Made by a program: the position numbers and the translations under genes
Part shown: one piece after another, positions 1 to 15,200 of the stretch
Layout of the letters: the number at the start of each line of letters is the position of its first letter
How positions within the stretch are numbered: position 1 is the first letter of the stretch
The notes under the pieces: model-generated
The model's input: only the letters and a program-made list of their open reading frames with translations
Told to the model about the DNA's origin: nothing
The model's database searches: none
From: Phoronis australis
Lineage: Eukaryota; Animalia; Phoronida
NCBI GenBank assembly: GCA_002633005.1
Contig: NMRA01000404.1
Coordinates: 271,394-335,393, forward strand
DNA length: 64,000 nucleotides
Reading direction: 5' to 3'

Positions 1-164
1 TAATATTGAACAGGAAATTACCCTACATTTTCTGCTGAAGTATGCCACAGTTCCACATCTCAGGCGAGGCAGTCCAATCAAGCCTGTTGTACTATTAAGA
101 GGAAATGCATGGTCTGTGTTGTCTTATTCATTATCTTATGTCTTTTTAGATCACACTTTTCATC

Positions 165-222
165 ATGGATAAATTTGTTGTGGATCTCGACAAAGTGCTG
201 GATGACCTTGAACTTAATGAAG
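165..222 (+). CDS. ZFYVE9: ZFYVE9/SARA coding exon 1 ([19 protein letters not shown])
   Basis: Acceptor tttttag ends at 149, ATG at 165, donor G|gtgaaa at 223; resembles the conserved SARA/endofin N-terminus. Confidence 0.85.
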
Positions 223-3200
223 GTGAAATATGTAAATGCTTGCCTAGACAACCATTTGTATACTAGTCATATAAAACTTTAAAGGAGAGAGCAACTGCTT
301 TTGGTGTTACCTTTACCTAAAATAAAAATCCTTGTTTATATTTGAGACATTTTCAGCCTTAATGTTTCCCTAGCCCACTGTGAATCTGCACTTAGAAAAG
401 TGGCATGTCCTAAGTCTTCATTGTTTAGGTTTATGTATATTTACTACAATATGCAATTTGAAAATGAAAATTGAGCAGGAAACCTGCGCATGTATCATTT
501 CCATCATAACAGCAACGGCGTCTTCCCATTTTTGGACATATTCAAGATATTCTGCGCCATCTGCTGGCCATTTTATGATACTAATGAACAAGCCTGTAGG
601 TAAAATGTTCGTAGTGCAGTCGTGGGAACATTTCAAGGCTTTGTATTGCTCTTCTTAAAAGTAAAGGTAACATCAGTTGCATTTCCCCTCCACTGGGTTA
701 GTTTGGTTATTGACCCACATTTGAAGCTGTAGGCAGTAATGTTCAATACTGAGGTGGAGTTATGTGATATCTTGTTGCAACATGTCCAACATTGCTTTAG
801 GCGGTAATGTTCAATACTGAACTGGAGTTATGTGATATCTTGTTACAACATGTTTAACATTGCTTTAGGCAGTAATGTTCAATACTGAGGTGGAGTTATG
901 TGATATCTTGTTATCAACATATTTAACATTGCTTTAGGCAGTAATGTTCAATACTGAGGTGGAGTTATGTGATATCTTGTTATCAACATATTTAACATTG
1001 CTTTAGGCAGTAATGTTCATGGAGTTATGTGATATCTTGTTATCAACATTTTTAACATTGCTTTAGGCAGTAATGTTCAATACTGAGGTGGAGTTATGTG
1101 ATATCTTGTTACAACCTGTTTAACGTTGATGTAACCACGTCTTGTTTGTTTATTGAATATATAATCTGAATAATTTGCTTTATAGTTGTTGGTCATTCTA
1201 TTTTTACTTGCAGTAACATGGACCAGGCTTTAACTATTAGTTTGAATGTAATTAATCAGACATTTCCAAGACCTTTATAAATGCATTTTATCAGCCTGAA
1301 AATGTATTGATCAGGGTTTTATAAATAATTGAAAGTACTGATTGTATTTATTATTATCAGAATGGAGTTCTTCATCAATGAATTATTTTTTCATTAGAGA
1401 ATTCATTAGAGAAGGAAGGTGAATATTAGACTTTCTTGTTCCAGACATATCTCAATGCATTATTTAGATTCATGTCATGATGTGAATCAAAGCGATTCAG
1501 TAGTAGTTCTCTGTTTTCAGATGAGCAGAATGTACCAGGTGCTGGCAAGTCTCAGTTGCTTCAGGGTACTATGGACAACCCTTATTCAGCTCTGAATGAA
1601 CCCGTCATTGCCTCGTCTACAATGCCCAGTCATATCATCAAGACAGATTCAGTTGACAGTACATTGAGTTATGATGCTCCTTACAGCCCCTCACAGCCTC
1701 TCGATTTGTCAGAGGCAGATTTCGGCCCGTCCCCACCTAAACCTTCACTGTTGGATTCCGACGTGTTTAGCCCTGTGCCCACCCTCCTGCCATCCCTGTT
1801 GCCACTGACGCCATCTGTTGTTGGTTCACAGCCCAATGCATCACTGTCTTCACACATGGAGTCCTCACCAACAGTGAGTACTAACACTGTGATGTCTGAG
1901 GCAGATCAAACTGCTCAGTCATGCTTACTGACTAGTGCACAGGACTTAAACAATATGAATTGTGCAGTGGACAGAGGGAGTGAAGAGAAATATTACACAC
2001 ACGCTGGTATTGTGACTATCGATTCTCAGTCGTCCACAATGCAACACAATTGGGCTGACCTTGACCTTGGTATGAAGGACACAGAGAATGTAGAATCAGA
2101 GCGACAGGAACCCATCGGTCAGGACAACTCACCCAGAGGAGGCTCGTCACCTACCAGTTTGACTGATTTTCAGTCAAGTTCTGCCCAGCAACATATAGAT
2201 ATTAACACACTGACAGGTATAGACACCCAGGCTGTTCTACAAAAAACTAGCTCTGGTTGGTCAGAGTCAACCACTGCTGCTCTAGCATCACTGTCAGCAG
2301 GAACTCCCCTGGCTAGTGACACAACTTCACCTTGTGACCAACCTACTGATGACATTGTACATGACAATGTGATGGAATGTCTTATGCAGTCCAATGTGTC
2401 CCCTTCAGATAGGCATTCATCTGAAGGTATTAATGACATTGCCTCTGCTGACATGAATGAGTCAAATGTTGGAAGTGAAACTTCTGAGAGACGACCAATT
2501 GACACCTTGGGATTTGGTGCAATGGCTGGGTTTGGTAATGCTGTTGGGTTTGGTGACACCTTAGATGTGGAGGTGGATGATGGCATTGTTGATGACTATC
2601 TGGGTGATGGTACAGTGAGTGGCCTTGATGTGTCGCAAGTAGAGTCACAGGGTTCAGTTGGAGTGGTGGGCAGTGTGCAGGACACTCTGTCACTGCTGGA
2701 CCCTTACCTGTCAAAGCCCTCTCCTACAGAGTCTGGGGGAGTGTCCCCTGTGGTTGAGAACGGTAACATGGAAGTTGTGCATGTAAAGGGTGTGTGGAGC
2801 AGTGATCAAACTAGAAGTGTTGGGGACATGGTGAGTGTGGCAGGGGAAGAGGAGGGGGCCAGCTCGTTGATGCTGCACCCCTCAGTACCAAAAGAGTCAC
2901 AATTGAATGGTGTTGGTGAAGGAAATGTTGTGGAGTCGTCATCTCCTGGCAGTCTGGGTATTGGTGCCCGCCCTAAGGAGCCAACGCAGACCAAACGCCC
3001 TAGTAGTCTGCTTGGTCTGTCTACTGTAATGCTGGATCCAGCCAACAGGCGGCCAACGCCACCACTACAGCTGAGTAATGACCACCAGGTGGCAGCAACA
3101 GAAACCTCAAATGATGTCATCAACCGACAGCTGGCAGAGGCCAATAAGAACACACTGTTAAAGAAACAAATGAACGTGGAGATCAAGAATCAGATTCAGC

Positions 3201-6200
3201 AGGTATTGTGGTGGGGGGTTAAAGTTAGGAGGTCAAGGTTCAAATTCTAAGCTTCATCTGGAGGGATACATTTATGTTTTGTTCTTCCTGTTGAAGACAT
3301 ATTTCTAATGTATAGTTATGATTATGTGGTGGACATTTATCAGCATTCATCAAGGTGATGAAAACAAATAGAGATTGTAGTCTTCTAAAACAACTTAGTT
3401 TTTGGAGATAGATAGGCGGAACAAGTAGCAATGTCGAGAGAATACATTAAAGACTAGATTAATTTTTCGCATGTGTTCTGAAAAAAATTCTAAATACATT
3501 TCAAGTTTTAAATTATTGTCAGTGGCTCGGCTGTCATGTTATATGACATTTCATTTTGAATTGGTTGTATAGGGAATTTCATTATTATTATTTGTTATTT
3601 TTATTATACTTATTGATTATTATTTCGTTATTATTACCTTTACTACGTCTGCTACTGCTACAGTTGCTACGATCATTCTTATTATTAGGAGATGTTGGCT
3701 GAAGACCCTACTGATAATCGATATGTGGAGGAATGTCAGAGCAATACGTGGCTTGCTGCGAGTCCAACAGAAGAGACCCCTGGTGGTAAACAAAGGAGGC
3801 CAAACAGTTTGAACATACCGAGGCGTCCTGAAATCAGTAGCGCCAGTACAGAGGGGGAGGAGTGTACTGAGAGCAGTGAGTTGAACGTTGACATGACCGA
3901 CTCACCTTCACAAGATGATGCACCAGGTAAGCTGTGGGAGGGCTCATGTTGTTAGACATGTAACTTGTAATGAATGATGGAAGCCTGGCAAGTGGCAGAT
4001 GCATGAGCTTAGCCACTGGATGGTTAGCAATTCTTCCAAAATAAACTATTTAAAATTCTTACCAGCAGTATTTATATGGAGTAAATTTCGTCTATATAAA
4101 TTAATGTCTTCTGAAATTTGCGTAATTTTTGTGTGTCCTCATTAATTGCGGTGTACAGTAGTTTTAAAGAACTGTGACAATTTTCATTGAAGTTAATCTG
4201 ATTTTGTTGAAAAATAAGACTAAATCATTAGGGGGAGACTTTTGCTTCCAAATTCTGGTGATGTTCCATGAGAAGACATATCACCAACATTTTGTGTGAA
4301 ATTAATGTAAAGCTGTGGTGTGATCCTTTCAGGATATTTACTGCATTCTTTAGTCGTTCACATGGCCTTTAGTCGTTCACATGGCCTTTAGTCGTTCACA
4401 TGGCCTTTAGTCGTTCACATGGCCTTTAGTCGTTCACATGGCCTTTTTCACCCATTCCCTACCTTTATTGGTCACACAGTTCACCTGGCTTTCCCTGCAG
4501 TTGTTCAAACTGTTCATCTGGCCTGCCCTACAGTTGTTCATACTGTTCACATGGTCTTCCCTACAGTTGCTTATACTGTTCACATGACCTTCCCTACAGT
4601 TGTTCATACTGTTCACATGGCCTTCCCTACAGTTGTTCACACTGTTCCAGAGTCATCGGAAGATTCAGTTCAGCGTGCAATAATACAACAGCAGTATCAG
4701 CAACAGATTGCACCACAAGCGGCACCCTCTAGCCAAACACAGGCTGAGGTGGTGGCAGGGTTGGACCGCAACCTGGGAGTAGTTCCCCCAGTGTGGATTC
4801 CTGACTCTGACGCGCCTGCGTGCATGGCTTGCCATTCAAAGTTCACATTCACCAAGAGGAGACACCACTGTCGCTCCTGTGGCAAGGTAATGCTGTATTT
4901 TTGTAAGAACTGACATCGTGTATAATTTTCTCTTAATACAAGGTTTGGAATTTTCTTCTTTTACGAAAATTTCCTCTTTGGTTTCGATTTCCTCTTTTTT
5001 GGTTTCCAGTTTCCTCTTTTTTGATTTCCAGTTTCCTTGTTTTTCATCTCTTTTTTATTGTTATTTTGACTTTATTCATGCAAAAACATTTATTTCAGTT
5101 AAATTTTACAACACAAAAATGTACTTCTATCACACACACCTATTTATTTGTGGAACGATACATCTCCTGGAAAACTTTCCTCTTTTTTGTCATTGGTCAT
5201 TCCATGTCCTGTTAATATCAGAAGTTTCTGAAATTTTGACAAAATGTAGACTTATGGGCTTATGTGAGAAATATAGCGACACTCGCATTTGTTAGATTTG
5301 CATAATTTGAATTTGTCCTTACAACACATACAAAGATCTGCTGTATGGTTGGCCTTCTGATAAGTTTGATTTCCCCGAATTCTGGTAATATCTCATAGTC
5401 TATTGGATTTGCCGTATCCTACTTCTACTGTAGGGGTCTGTAAGTAGACAAGTACACTTGCTTAATTTATCACTTGATTTACTATTTTCAAAAGCTTGCT
5501 ACACTGCTGCCAACATTCACCTATTGACATGTTGCTTGGGGGCAAGTCATTTATTTTTATTATAAATTTGGAAAGCTGAATATAATTTCAATTTTTCAGC
5601 TTGTTTGTAGAATCTTGACTATTTGTTTGAGCAGGAACAATAGTTCTCAGTGGTCTGTATATTAGTCTCCTAAACTGGACACTGCATGACCATTACTGAT
5701 CTCTGTTAGGGACATAGACTGCCTCATTAATTTTCAGGTTTATGAATTATTTTCCACATAACTAAACTTGATATTGTTTATGAATTATTTTCCACATAAC
5801 TAAACTTGATATTGTTTATGAATTATTTTCCACATAACTAAACTTGATATTGTTTATGAATTATTTTCCACATAACTAAACTTGATATTGTTTATGAATT
5901 ATGGTATGTTGGCTTCTCATCCTGTTCATTAGATTGTGAACTAAGAGTTTGTCTGTGTTTTGCTATTAATACTGTGTGTTCTACTGACAGGTGTTTTGCA
6001 ATACGTGCTGTAAAATGAAGAGGAAGCTGCAGTACTTGGAGAGTAAAGAAGGACGTGTGTGTAGCACGTGTTACCAGACTCTCTCAACAAGTGAGTAATT
6101 GTGTTGGACTGATGGCTGCTGTCCCCACATGTAATGGACATCTTTTGTAAAGGTTGTCATGGTCTGGTTTTCTCGTGATAGCTGTGCTGCATGTTGAGTG

Positions 6201-9200
6201 TGTCGCCACCTGTTGAGCAGGACCATGAACTGTTTTGCACCATGTTTGGGAATCTTGATCCATGTTTGAAAAGTCTGGTTTGTAAGTTGTGTTTTATAGT
6301 GGTGCTTGTCTTTGTTATTATCCAGTGAAATGACAGTTACGTGCTCAGCAAGTGTTAATGTGATGCTGTAGTGTGCTATTTGTGAATGAACAGAATATGG
6401 AGGATTAGGAGGAGAAAACGTAAAGCACTCTTTGCAGCATGTTTGAATTTTTGCTTGAGGAGAACCTTGCTATCATGCAAACTGTACTTGTTAGTATTTC
6501 TGATGCTTTGTTTGATTTAATATTTGTCGTAATGAATTTCATATCTGTTACTATCCTTAAAAGAAAGTGTCATTATTTTCCTGGTTATTTCAACTGTATT
6601 ATGTTGGCTTTGGATCAACTCATTCAGTCCATGTTCTATAAGCTGCAAAGTTATTGTCTTACTAGTCCTTGTTTATGGTTTATCTTTCCTTTAGTCGAGG
6701 CAGTGGACAAGCTTAACACACCCGGGTTTAGCCCTAATCCTAACAACCCAGCTGAATATTGTTCTACCATCTCACCATATCAACAAGCCCAGGCAAACGT
6801 GCCGCCCCCTAGTGTCATTATACCGGCGGGCGTTCTCAAGAGAGAAGGTAGTATCAGTGCCGTTACGAATGGTTCACTACTCATAGAATCAGGCCATAAA
6901 TGATTGCAGTTTCTGATAGTGTTACCTTATCAGTTAGGAATGGAAATGGATTTAGATGTTGTCAGGCAAAAAGAATACCTCTTAAAAAGTGCTGCAAATG
7001 ATTTACAGTGCTTTGATGTAAATCATCACTTTGAACAAGCTGAAACCTTCTCTGACATCACTGCATGCATGTGACAATGGTGATTTCAATGTGGAAAATA
7101 CAAGATGAAATTGATATTCATTCACACCTCAGACATGAGTGTTGATAATTGTGTTGTGACTGTTTTTTTTTTATTATTGTATTGTGATTGATTGAGATGG
7201 TTGATAACTGTATTGTGATTGGTTGAGATGGTTGATAACTGTAGGTTGAGATGGTTTGTTGAATTCAATCTTACTGTCCTAGTATAACTAAGTATGCTTT
7301 GATCTTTATACAAGTCAACAAGGAATAATCAATAGCTAGTGAGTGAGTCAGCAAAATAATTCTATGGGCACCATGAGTGTTTGTAATGTGACTGTATAGT
7401 ATATGTGGACATGTGAGGAAGGCAGTGTTGTGAAGTGTGTAACTTTTATTTTGGGTCCACTGTTATTCATTATTTTGTCTGCTATGTATCTCAAATGCAC
7501 TAATTGTTATTCAGGAAGCCAAAAACGGGGAGAGGGCAAGTCTGTCATATTCTCTGATGGGATCCGGCCGGGCGGTGATCTGACAGAGCTCGACTCGACC
7601 TCTGATGTACCTTACAGGAAATCGTCAGGGCGACCTCACAAGAAGGTCGAACGACTACCCCCAGATGGCGCAGGTAAGGGGTAGCTTTTAGCTCAGATTC
7701 TTAGGTAGTCACATCATTTTAATGGCTGCAATTATGTATTTTAGACAAATTATCATTTGCTGTTCATAAAACTTATTATGAAATACATTTTCAGGCTTTT
7801 CGTAATGACGCTATGAACTTACCTTCTTTCAAAAAGTACTGTTTGTATTTAGACTCATTTCTGTTATAAAAATGGTTTCAACATGTTCGTTACTCAGACT
7901 AGAAGCTATGCTATTTGTGGCTATGGTCGGCACATGAAGTCACACACTGTGTGGGTAAAGGGGGGGGGGTGTGGCAATGACGAGCTGTCTGGTCTTCCTG
8001 AGGCCAGGAGTCTATTTCATAAAAAGTGACTTTAGAGAAGACTTTGATCTTACGCACCCACTTAATGTTGAACTGTGTAATTATTAGCACAACACGGCTT
8101 GGAAATAATTTGGACAAATTTTCTCAATAATTAGCAATTATGAGTATATTCTCCGATGCTGTATTCATTTGCAAAAATGAGTTTTTAATTATTTTTCAGA
8201 AATAGTTACGTGGAACGTAAGACCAAATTTCTGTCTTAAGTCACTGTTCATGAAGCAGCCCCCTCAGACCTAATGTGCATTTGGATCCTGTCAAGTAAAA
8301 TTCAACTATAAGTAGTCTAGATCAAAAGTTATTTTTTGATAGAAGGTGGAGTTGTAGGACATTTAACTAGTGAAATTTAGATGAGTTGGGAAAACTGAAA
8401 TTAATAAGCCTTGTTGTGATGTAACTTGTTTGTATTTCAAATCCTGTTTGATGATCAAATATTCCAAACAGGACTCATAATACTGTCAATTACAGCTCCA
8501 GAGAACGGGGATGAGGGTTTGTCTGCCGTCAAAACACGTATGGTGAAAATGAACGATAAAAATCAGTGTTTAATTCCTGTGGGTGGCCTGCCACCTGTGG
8601 TGTCTGCAGAGTCAGGTGACTGTGAGCCTTGTGGCGCCACCTCTTAGATTAGCTTCACGTCTGCTGTGTTTAGCTGTGTAGCCTGTATCTGTTTAACATG
8701 GTGGTTCTCTGTCGGCTTGTAGACATTAAGTGTAACATGGTGGCTCTCTGGGTTTTTAACTGCATGGCTTGTTTGCCTGTGATAATGCTTGTTTAAAGCT
8801 GCATGGAACGTAGGCCTGCCTTTGTTTCTGTTTGAGGTCCAGTTTCAAACCTGTCGTACTGTTACATGAATAGAGTATCTCAAACTGATCATTCAGGGCG
8901 TCGGCAAGCAAGAGAAGCTATCTAATTTGACAGTATAGGCCCACCGTTACTATATCGGGCCACTTCAAACCTATTGTTGGAAATCTCTCAATTTCTGTGG
9001 ACTTTAGAAATTAATTGGTATCGGAGCAAATAGGACAAAAATTTCCCTTTACAAATGTAGGCTTGGGAAGCACTGACAGTTTGTTACTAAGTGAGAACAA
9101 GCTGTGCACATGAAATAAGCCAATTTGTAGAGTCTGCAGTCAAATCATTAGGAACACTCTGTTGTGGCAAACCCCTTGAAATTATTTTGAAGTTGATTAA

Positions 9201-12200
9201 GGAACAAAACAGTAGAGACTATTTTCTTAAATGCAGGTGGTCTAAACCAATCAATGGTTTTTAGGTAGGGCATGTTTACAACACCTTTGAAAAGGCGCCA
9301 CGCAAAACGGGAACCAATTTAATGATGGCAAATTTTTAAAGATAGCAATCCGTTGGTCCAAAAGTATTTGCGAGATATTTTTACGATTTCTTCATCAACA
9401 AGAATTTGTCCAATTTTACAGAAGATACACTTTTTGTGTGTAAATAGATTGAATGAGGCAATTAAATCAAAACGAAACCTGGCTCTTCAGCTTTACAATA
9501 TCCGTGTTCAAACTTTTGTGACAATAGTGCAGTTTTGTTTTGAGAGGCTAAAGTTGATAAGATATGTGGTGGCATTGTTGAATACACAAAGGTGTTGAAG
9601 CTCAGTACACCCTGCAGATAGCAGAACAAGCTGTTAATATTGGCTTGTGTGTTTGGTGCTAGACAAACTATGCTTAAATTGTTATTGTTTGTAGAGGCTA
9701 AATGAGCTAAATTTGAAATTTATGCATTTCTTTGGTTTTTGATGATATTGGTCACTACATTTTGTGAGGTCACTAATTTTACAATGGGGACCGTGAACGC
9801 AGGATTTTGTTGATCAAATTTGCATTATTCTAACATTCTTTTTTCTCGAAATGGTAAATTCATCCATGAATAAATTTGCATAAGTTTGCTTCCTATTAGC
9901 ATGGTGGTTTTGCTCTTTCGTGTTTCTGGTCGTGGTTTTCCCAGCTGCAACATATCAGCTACTTCTGTTTCATTAATGCCAGCTCCACCTAGTGTCAGGT
10001 TTCTCATCTCTACTGTTTGCTTCAAGTTGTGTGCTACTGTGTGCACGGTATAGTGCTCTGTTTCAGATGTGAGTTATTAACTTGTTGGACATTTTTGATT
10101 GCCCGGAAAACACACCTCTTTGTAATGATGTTGATGGTTTCCACATCTCTGAAACATTTGACCTTTGGTCAAGTTGGCTGACCATGATAACAACTACGAG
10201 TCCAGTGGCCTACTTCTCGAAGAGTTTAATGGAAAGTTGTTTGGTTTGCCTTTTGTCGTCTAGTCTGCTCCCGAACAGTCACATTTCTGTCTTTTGGTTT
10301 CCAGGTGTAGACAGATTTTTGTGACTTTTAACCTTACCATGATTTCATAAAACAGGCTAAGCCATCCAAAAGTCAAAGGACAATTGACTCTTCAAGAAAT
10401 AGCCCCTGGGGAATCTGAGACTGTGTGGATTTAAACAAAAGAGTAGGTGCTTGGCCCTCCTATGGATGTATGGAAACATATGCAAAATGTATTGTGGGAA
10501 ATCATGCTTCACAGCTGACTAAACACATTAATTGTTTCCAGTCTTTAGAGCCATTGACCACCAAACTTTACTGGACACTTAAGTTGAAAATTGACGAATT
10601 GCATGCCAGACTTAGACTAATTTTTCCAATTTCATGCACTGTGATTTGTTGGTTTTTAAATCAAATGTCAAGTAAAGTTCTTAAAATTCTTAAAAAAAGT
10701 AAAGTTCGGTTGTCGCGAGCCCAGGTGGATAAAGGGAATGGTGTCCTGTCAATCTGTACCATATTTTGCAAACGTATCAGTTTTGGCTCTCCTTACAAAG
10801 GTTCACGATATTACAAAAGGAAATTGACGAACATACTACACACTCTCCAAGACTCATGTTTGAAAACACCAGCAAGTGCTGCCCCCTATTAACTCACCAG
10901 ATATTCACCTAGTGTTGTCAGGAAGCATGAGCCCTTGACCTGTCAGCCACTGTGTTCTGAAAATGTCCAATTATGTTTATAATTCACAACCAAAACAGAG
11001 TGTGTGCTCAAAGCAGTCTACATATTTATATAAATGTATTCAGTGTGGGTCTTTGCATGTGTGCGTGTGTGTGTGTGGCACTTGGTTTTCTGTGGTGTGC
11101 CCTCTGTTGTTGGCTGTGCCAAACAATGCTTCTCTGAGGTGCTGTACTTCACTAGAGATAGTCATGTGACCCCAGTAGCGTAGTGAACATGAAATGTTGG
11201 CAAGGAGCAATCTGTGAAGTGCACTCAATAGTGTTGTCATTCACCAGATTCTACTGTTGACGTATCATGGAATACTTGACCAGCAAGTCATTCAAGCAAT
11301 TACAGTGGAGGTTGTTTTGCCCCGTTTTTCACTTGCAAGTATGGTTTCGTACTCACAAATCTGTTGTGTGATCTTGTGTTACACTAGCATGGTCCCACCT
11401 AACACTAGTGTAGTGCCATGTTACACTAGTGTGGTCTGGCCAAACTCACCAGATACTCACACTATTGACTGCACTCCTGGTTAGCTAACAGTTTGTGTAG
11501 AACGTTATCTGATAGTTCTTGATATGAAACAATCCTGATGAATGTCATATTGTTATCATTCCTGCAAAATGCCAACAAATAAAGACTGAAGTTCAAAATT
11601 ACATAAGCTATCAAAACTGAAATTAAACATAAAATGTGACATTTTAACTGTCTCTATGAAGTTGGTGATAACGAGATTGTAAATCGTATCTGTGTAAAAT
11701 AGTTTGTCTCGGACTACATCAGGTAACATTTGTTATCTTTCAAACTTTTCCTTTCTGTAGATGGTCAGGCTAAAGAAGATCTGATGGAACAGATAAAAAG
11801 TAAGGTTTACATTTTGGTATTCTTCTTTAAAGGCAAGAGAAATGGAATCGTAGCTTTTGTGTTGTAATTAGTGTCAAATTTAATGAAGAAGAAAAATATA
11901 TTTTAATGTTTTTTAGTGTACAAGCCTAACTGGTGTTGAATAATTTTCAAATACAGGTTTTGTATATTGATTATAACTACTTGAGTGTTGCACAAATTTT
12001 CATTTCAGGCTTGAGGTGCTGAATGCTTTTAACAATGTGGTTAACAATGTATATTTGATTGGTTTTCTCAACATTCCTTTTCAGTGGAAGATGCGCCACC
12101 TGTTGTCTTTGCCATTAACAAAAACCTGTTTGTGTTGGTGAAGATACTCAATTGTAAGTGTCTATTGCCAGTTTTATTGTTGTCTCAGTGCCTTAGAGGT

Positions 12201-15200
12201 TTAGGTCAGCAAGTGACTATATATATTGAGAGATAACTTGTTCAGTTGTTCAATATTTTAAGCCGTAACTATGGAGATGTAGAGTAAAACTTGTTTCCAT
12301 TGGTTGTCAAAGAGTTTGCAGGATTTCTGTTCTGCATTACATTTTATTTTTGACCAAAATTCTGGTAAAATTGCTTGGATAACTGTAAGGTTTTTAATGT
12401 CCAAATTTTTTTAATGTCCAAATTTTTTTTTACTATAAAATAACTAAGCAGAATGAATGACGTATTAGACAACATTTGGGTAAATTTGTTTCTGTGTGGT
12501 AGACATTGTGATGTAATGATTGCAGTGGACTGCTGTGTCAACCGGACGTGTTGGTGCTTCACCACCAGGGGTCTGTGCACGGTTGGACAGGAAGAGGTGG
12601 TGATAGTACTAGAGTGTTTGCCTGATGAGAGTCAGGTCCCCAGAGATATCTTTGTACATGTCAATAAACTGTACCAGGATGCTAGTAAAGGTGAGATCTG
12701 CGCTGAGGTAAAGAAGCGTCACTCGTGTTGTTGTAGACTTAGTCGCTGATCTATCGGTCATACCCCGTTCACATGAATCTATCGGTCATACCCCGTTCAC
12801 ATGGATCTATCACTCATACTCAGTTCACATGGATCTATCACTCATTCCCTGTTAGTGTGGCCCTTTATGCAAATTTTATTCATATAAACAAGCTGTCTAG
12901 ATTGTATGTGAATGCCACCTTTCTTTTAAGTAATCAAATTGTGTTACTGTGAAAGTCAGAAATGCTGTTTGATTTGTGGACAGTTTGTTTTGACAAAGTG
13001 TGTAACTGCAACTCACTGTATGCTTATTAAGCAAGCATGTGATAACCAGACTGTTCACTGCAATTAGATCTATCTGGAAATCTCATAAGTTGTATGTTGA
13101 CAATGGAATGAGGTTCCCACTCAAAAACAAATCTTAAATCATTCAGTTAATTAAGACATATCTGTTCTTAAATAACGTGTTTCTCCCCACATTAACCCTT
13201 AAATAACGTGTTTCTCCCCACATTAACCCTTAAACAACGTGTTTCTCCCCACATTAACCCTTAAACAACGTGTTTCTCCCCACATTAACCCTTAAATAAC
13301 GTGTTTCTCCCCACATTAACCCTTAAATTCTCCCACCAGGTGTCAAAGTTAGTCACATGGGTCACTCAATAGTGACTCAACCCTTCCTGGACAGTCGGGA
13401 CCATTGTGGTTTCCTCTACCTACACACCACATTCCAGTGTCTACAGAAGCTGATGCTGCCTGAGCCCCCCTACCTCTTCGCTGTACTGCTCCAGAAGTGG
13501 GAGACGCCGTGGGCCAAGGTGTTCCCTCTCCGACTAATGCTGAGGCTGGGTGCAGAGTACAGATGTAAGTTATAGAGTGAATGGAACACTTCTAAATCCT
13601 TGCTGATACATGATATAGGGGTTATTGGCCCTTTTCCTCGTAGTACCAGAATTTTTTCCTGGCTTCTGCATCTGGCTAGATGGATTATATCCTACTACTA
13701 TTGTTGATAAATGCTAAAATAGTCGTCCTTTGGAAATCTGTATTTCTTTGTTTATCTGCTGCTGCTTGCTCCTTCATTTTACTTGAAGATTTCTCATTCC
13801 CCTATTCTGTGGTGGCCATGGGCTCCCTGTTTTTTAAACCCAATTTGAGCTGTTCCTGTTGACCTTCATTACAGACTACCCATGCCCAGTGATCAGTGTG
13901 CGTCACCGTCGGCCCGTCTACTGTGAGGTGGGTCACACCATTATGAACCTGTTGGCTGACTTCAGGAACTTCCAGTACATGTTACCTCACATACCCGGGG
14001 TGACTGTTCATATGCAGGACAAGAAGACGTATATTAACTTTCCCAGGAATAGATACGACCAGGTACTCACACCTCCAGTCATATACCCTAAAAATCTGAC
14101 CAATGTCAGATGAAAATAATTGTCAAAATTGATCTTTTTTTGTTTTTCAATGGCTTTTAACATTTTTGTCAAAGTCCACAATTTCGGAAAACATTGGTAT
14201 AGAACTTAAAAATGATAAAGCATTTATTCATTGCTATTTATCTTTTACAAAAAAATTCTCTTGTTGACTTGGAAACATTTTATATCATGTTGTATAATGT
14301 TGAATTTTACGATAATTATCAAAATATGGCGTAAGCCCTTTCACACTTCATCAATGAAGCTGGGTTGGCATGCCATTGTATTACTAATAAATATAACTTA
14401 TATGTCTAGCATTGACTAGGACAAGTTGGGTGTTCAGTTCTTGAGGATCAGGTGCCCAAGGATTTTGTCTCCAAAGATTTGTATGTCGCTGTATTGTATA
14501 GTACTGTATTTGTATTGTGGGGAGTTGCATTAAGATTTGGACTTCTTTTCTTTTGCATTATTGTTATTGGTTTTGAGCAAGTTGTCTGCTCCATTTGAAA
14601 ATTGCAAGTTTTTTCCTGTTTACCTCATGTATATAGCACCATTTTTCACTTCACCTTCCCTTCAGATCTGCAAAGTGGTTAGTAACTGTAATGACCACGT
14701 GATGGCGCTGGCAGCAACGTTCAGTATGGAGGCTGATTCCCACTTGGTGTGTATACAGAATGATGAGGGCACCTATCAGACACAGGCCATCAACATTCAG
14801 AATAAGCCAAGGAAAGGTGAGCTGCCCTTACTGCAATTGTAACATGTGTATATTCATTACTTACTGTATTGATGGTCCAATTCATGCAGTTTGTAAGTAG
14901 ACATACTTGCAAGTTGAGAACATTATATGGTTCATCTATGTTGCCTTCAACAAAATGTTCATAAAGCTGTGAACAAAACTTCACAGTGTGTTTCTTAGGT
15001 GCAAGAATTTCCTGAAAAAGCAGGATCACGCAATGCATACTGTAGCAACATGGTGGCCAGTGATATGATTGGTCGGCGAGGTTGGAATATTGAATTATGG
15101 GTTTGAGTGAACCGTTCTCATTCCATTAGTGAGGATGTTTCTTTGCAAGTATTGTCTCTTCATTGATGAAAGTCTTTCTTTGTTCTAAACTGGTCAAAAT

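Noticed and set aside
1681-3186. Several antisense ORFs over SARA exon 2
   Set aside because: Shadow ORFs of a long coding exon.
10082-10892. Intronic ORFs of 80-155 aa in the long SARA intron
   Set aside because: No recognisable domain or convincing splice signals; the neighbouring exons already join in phase.
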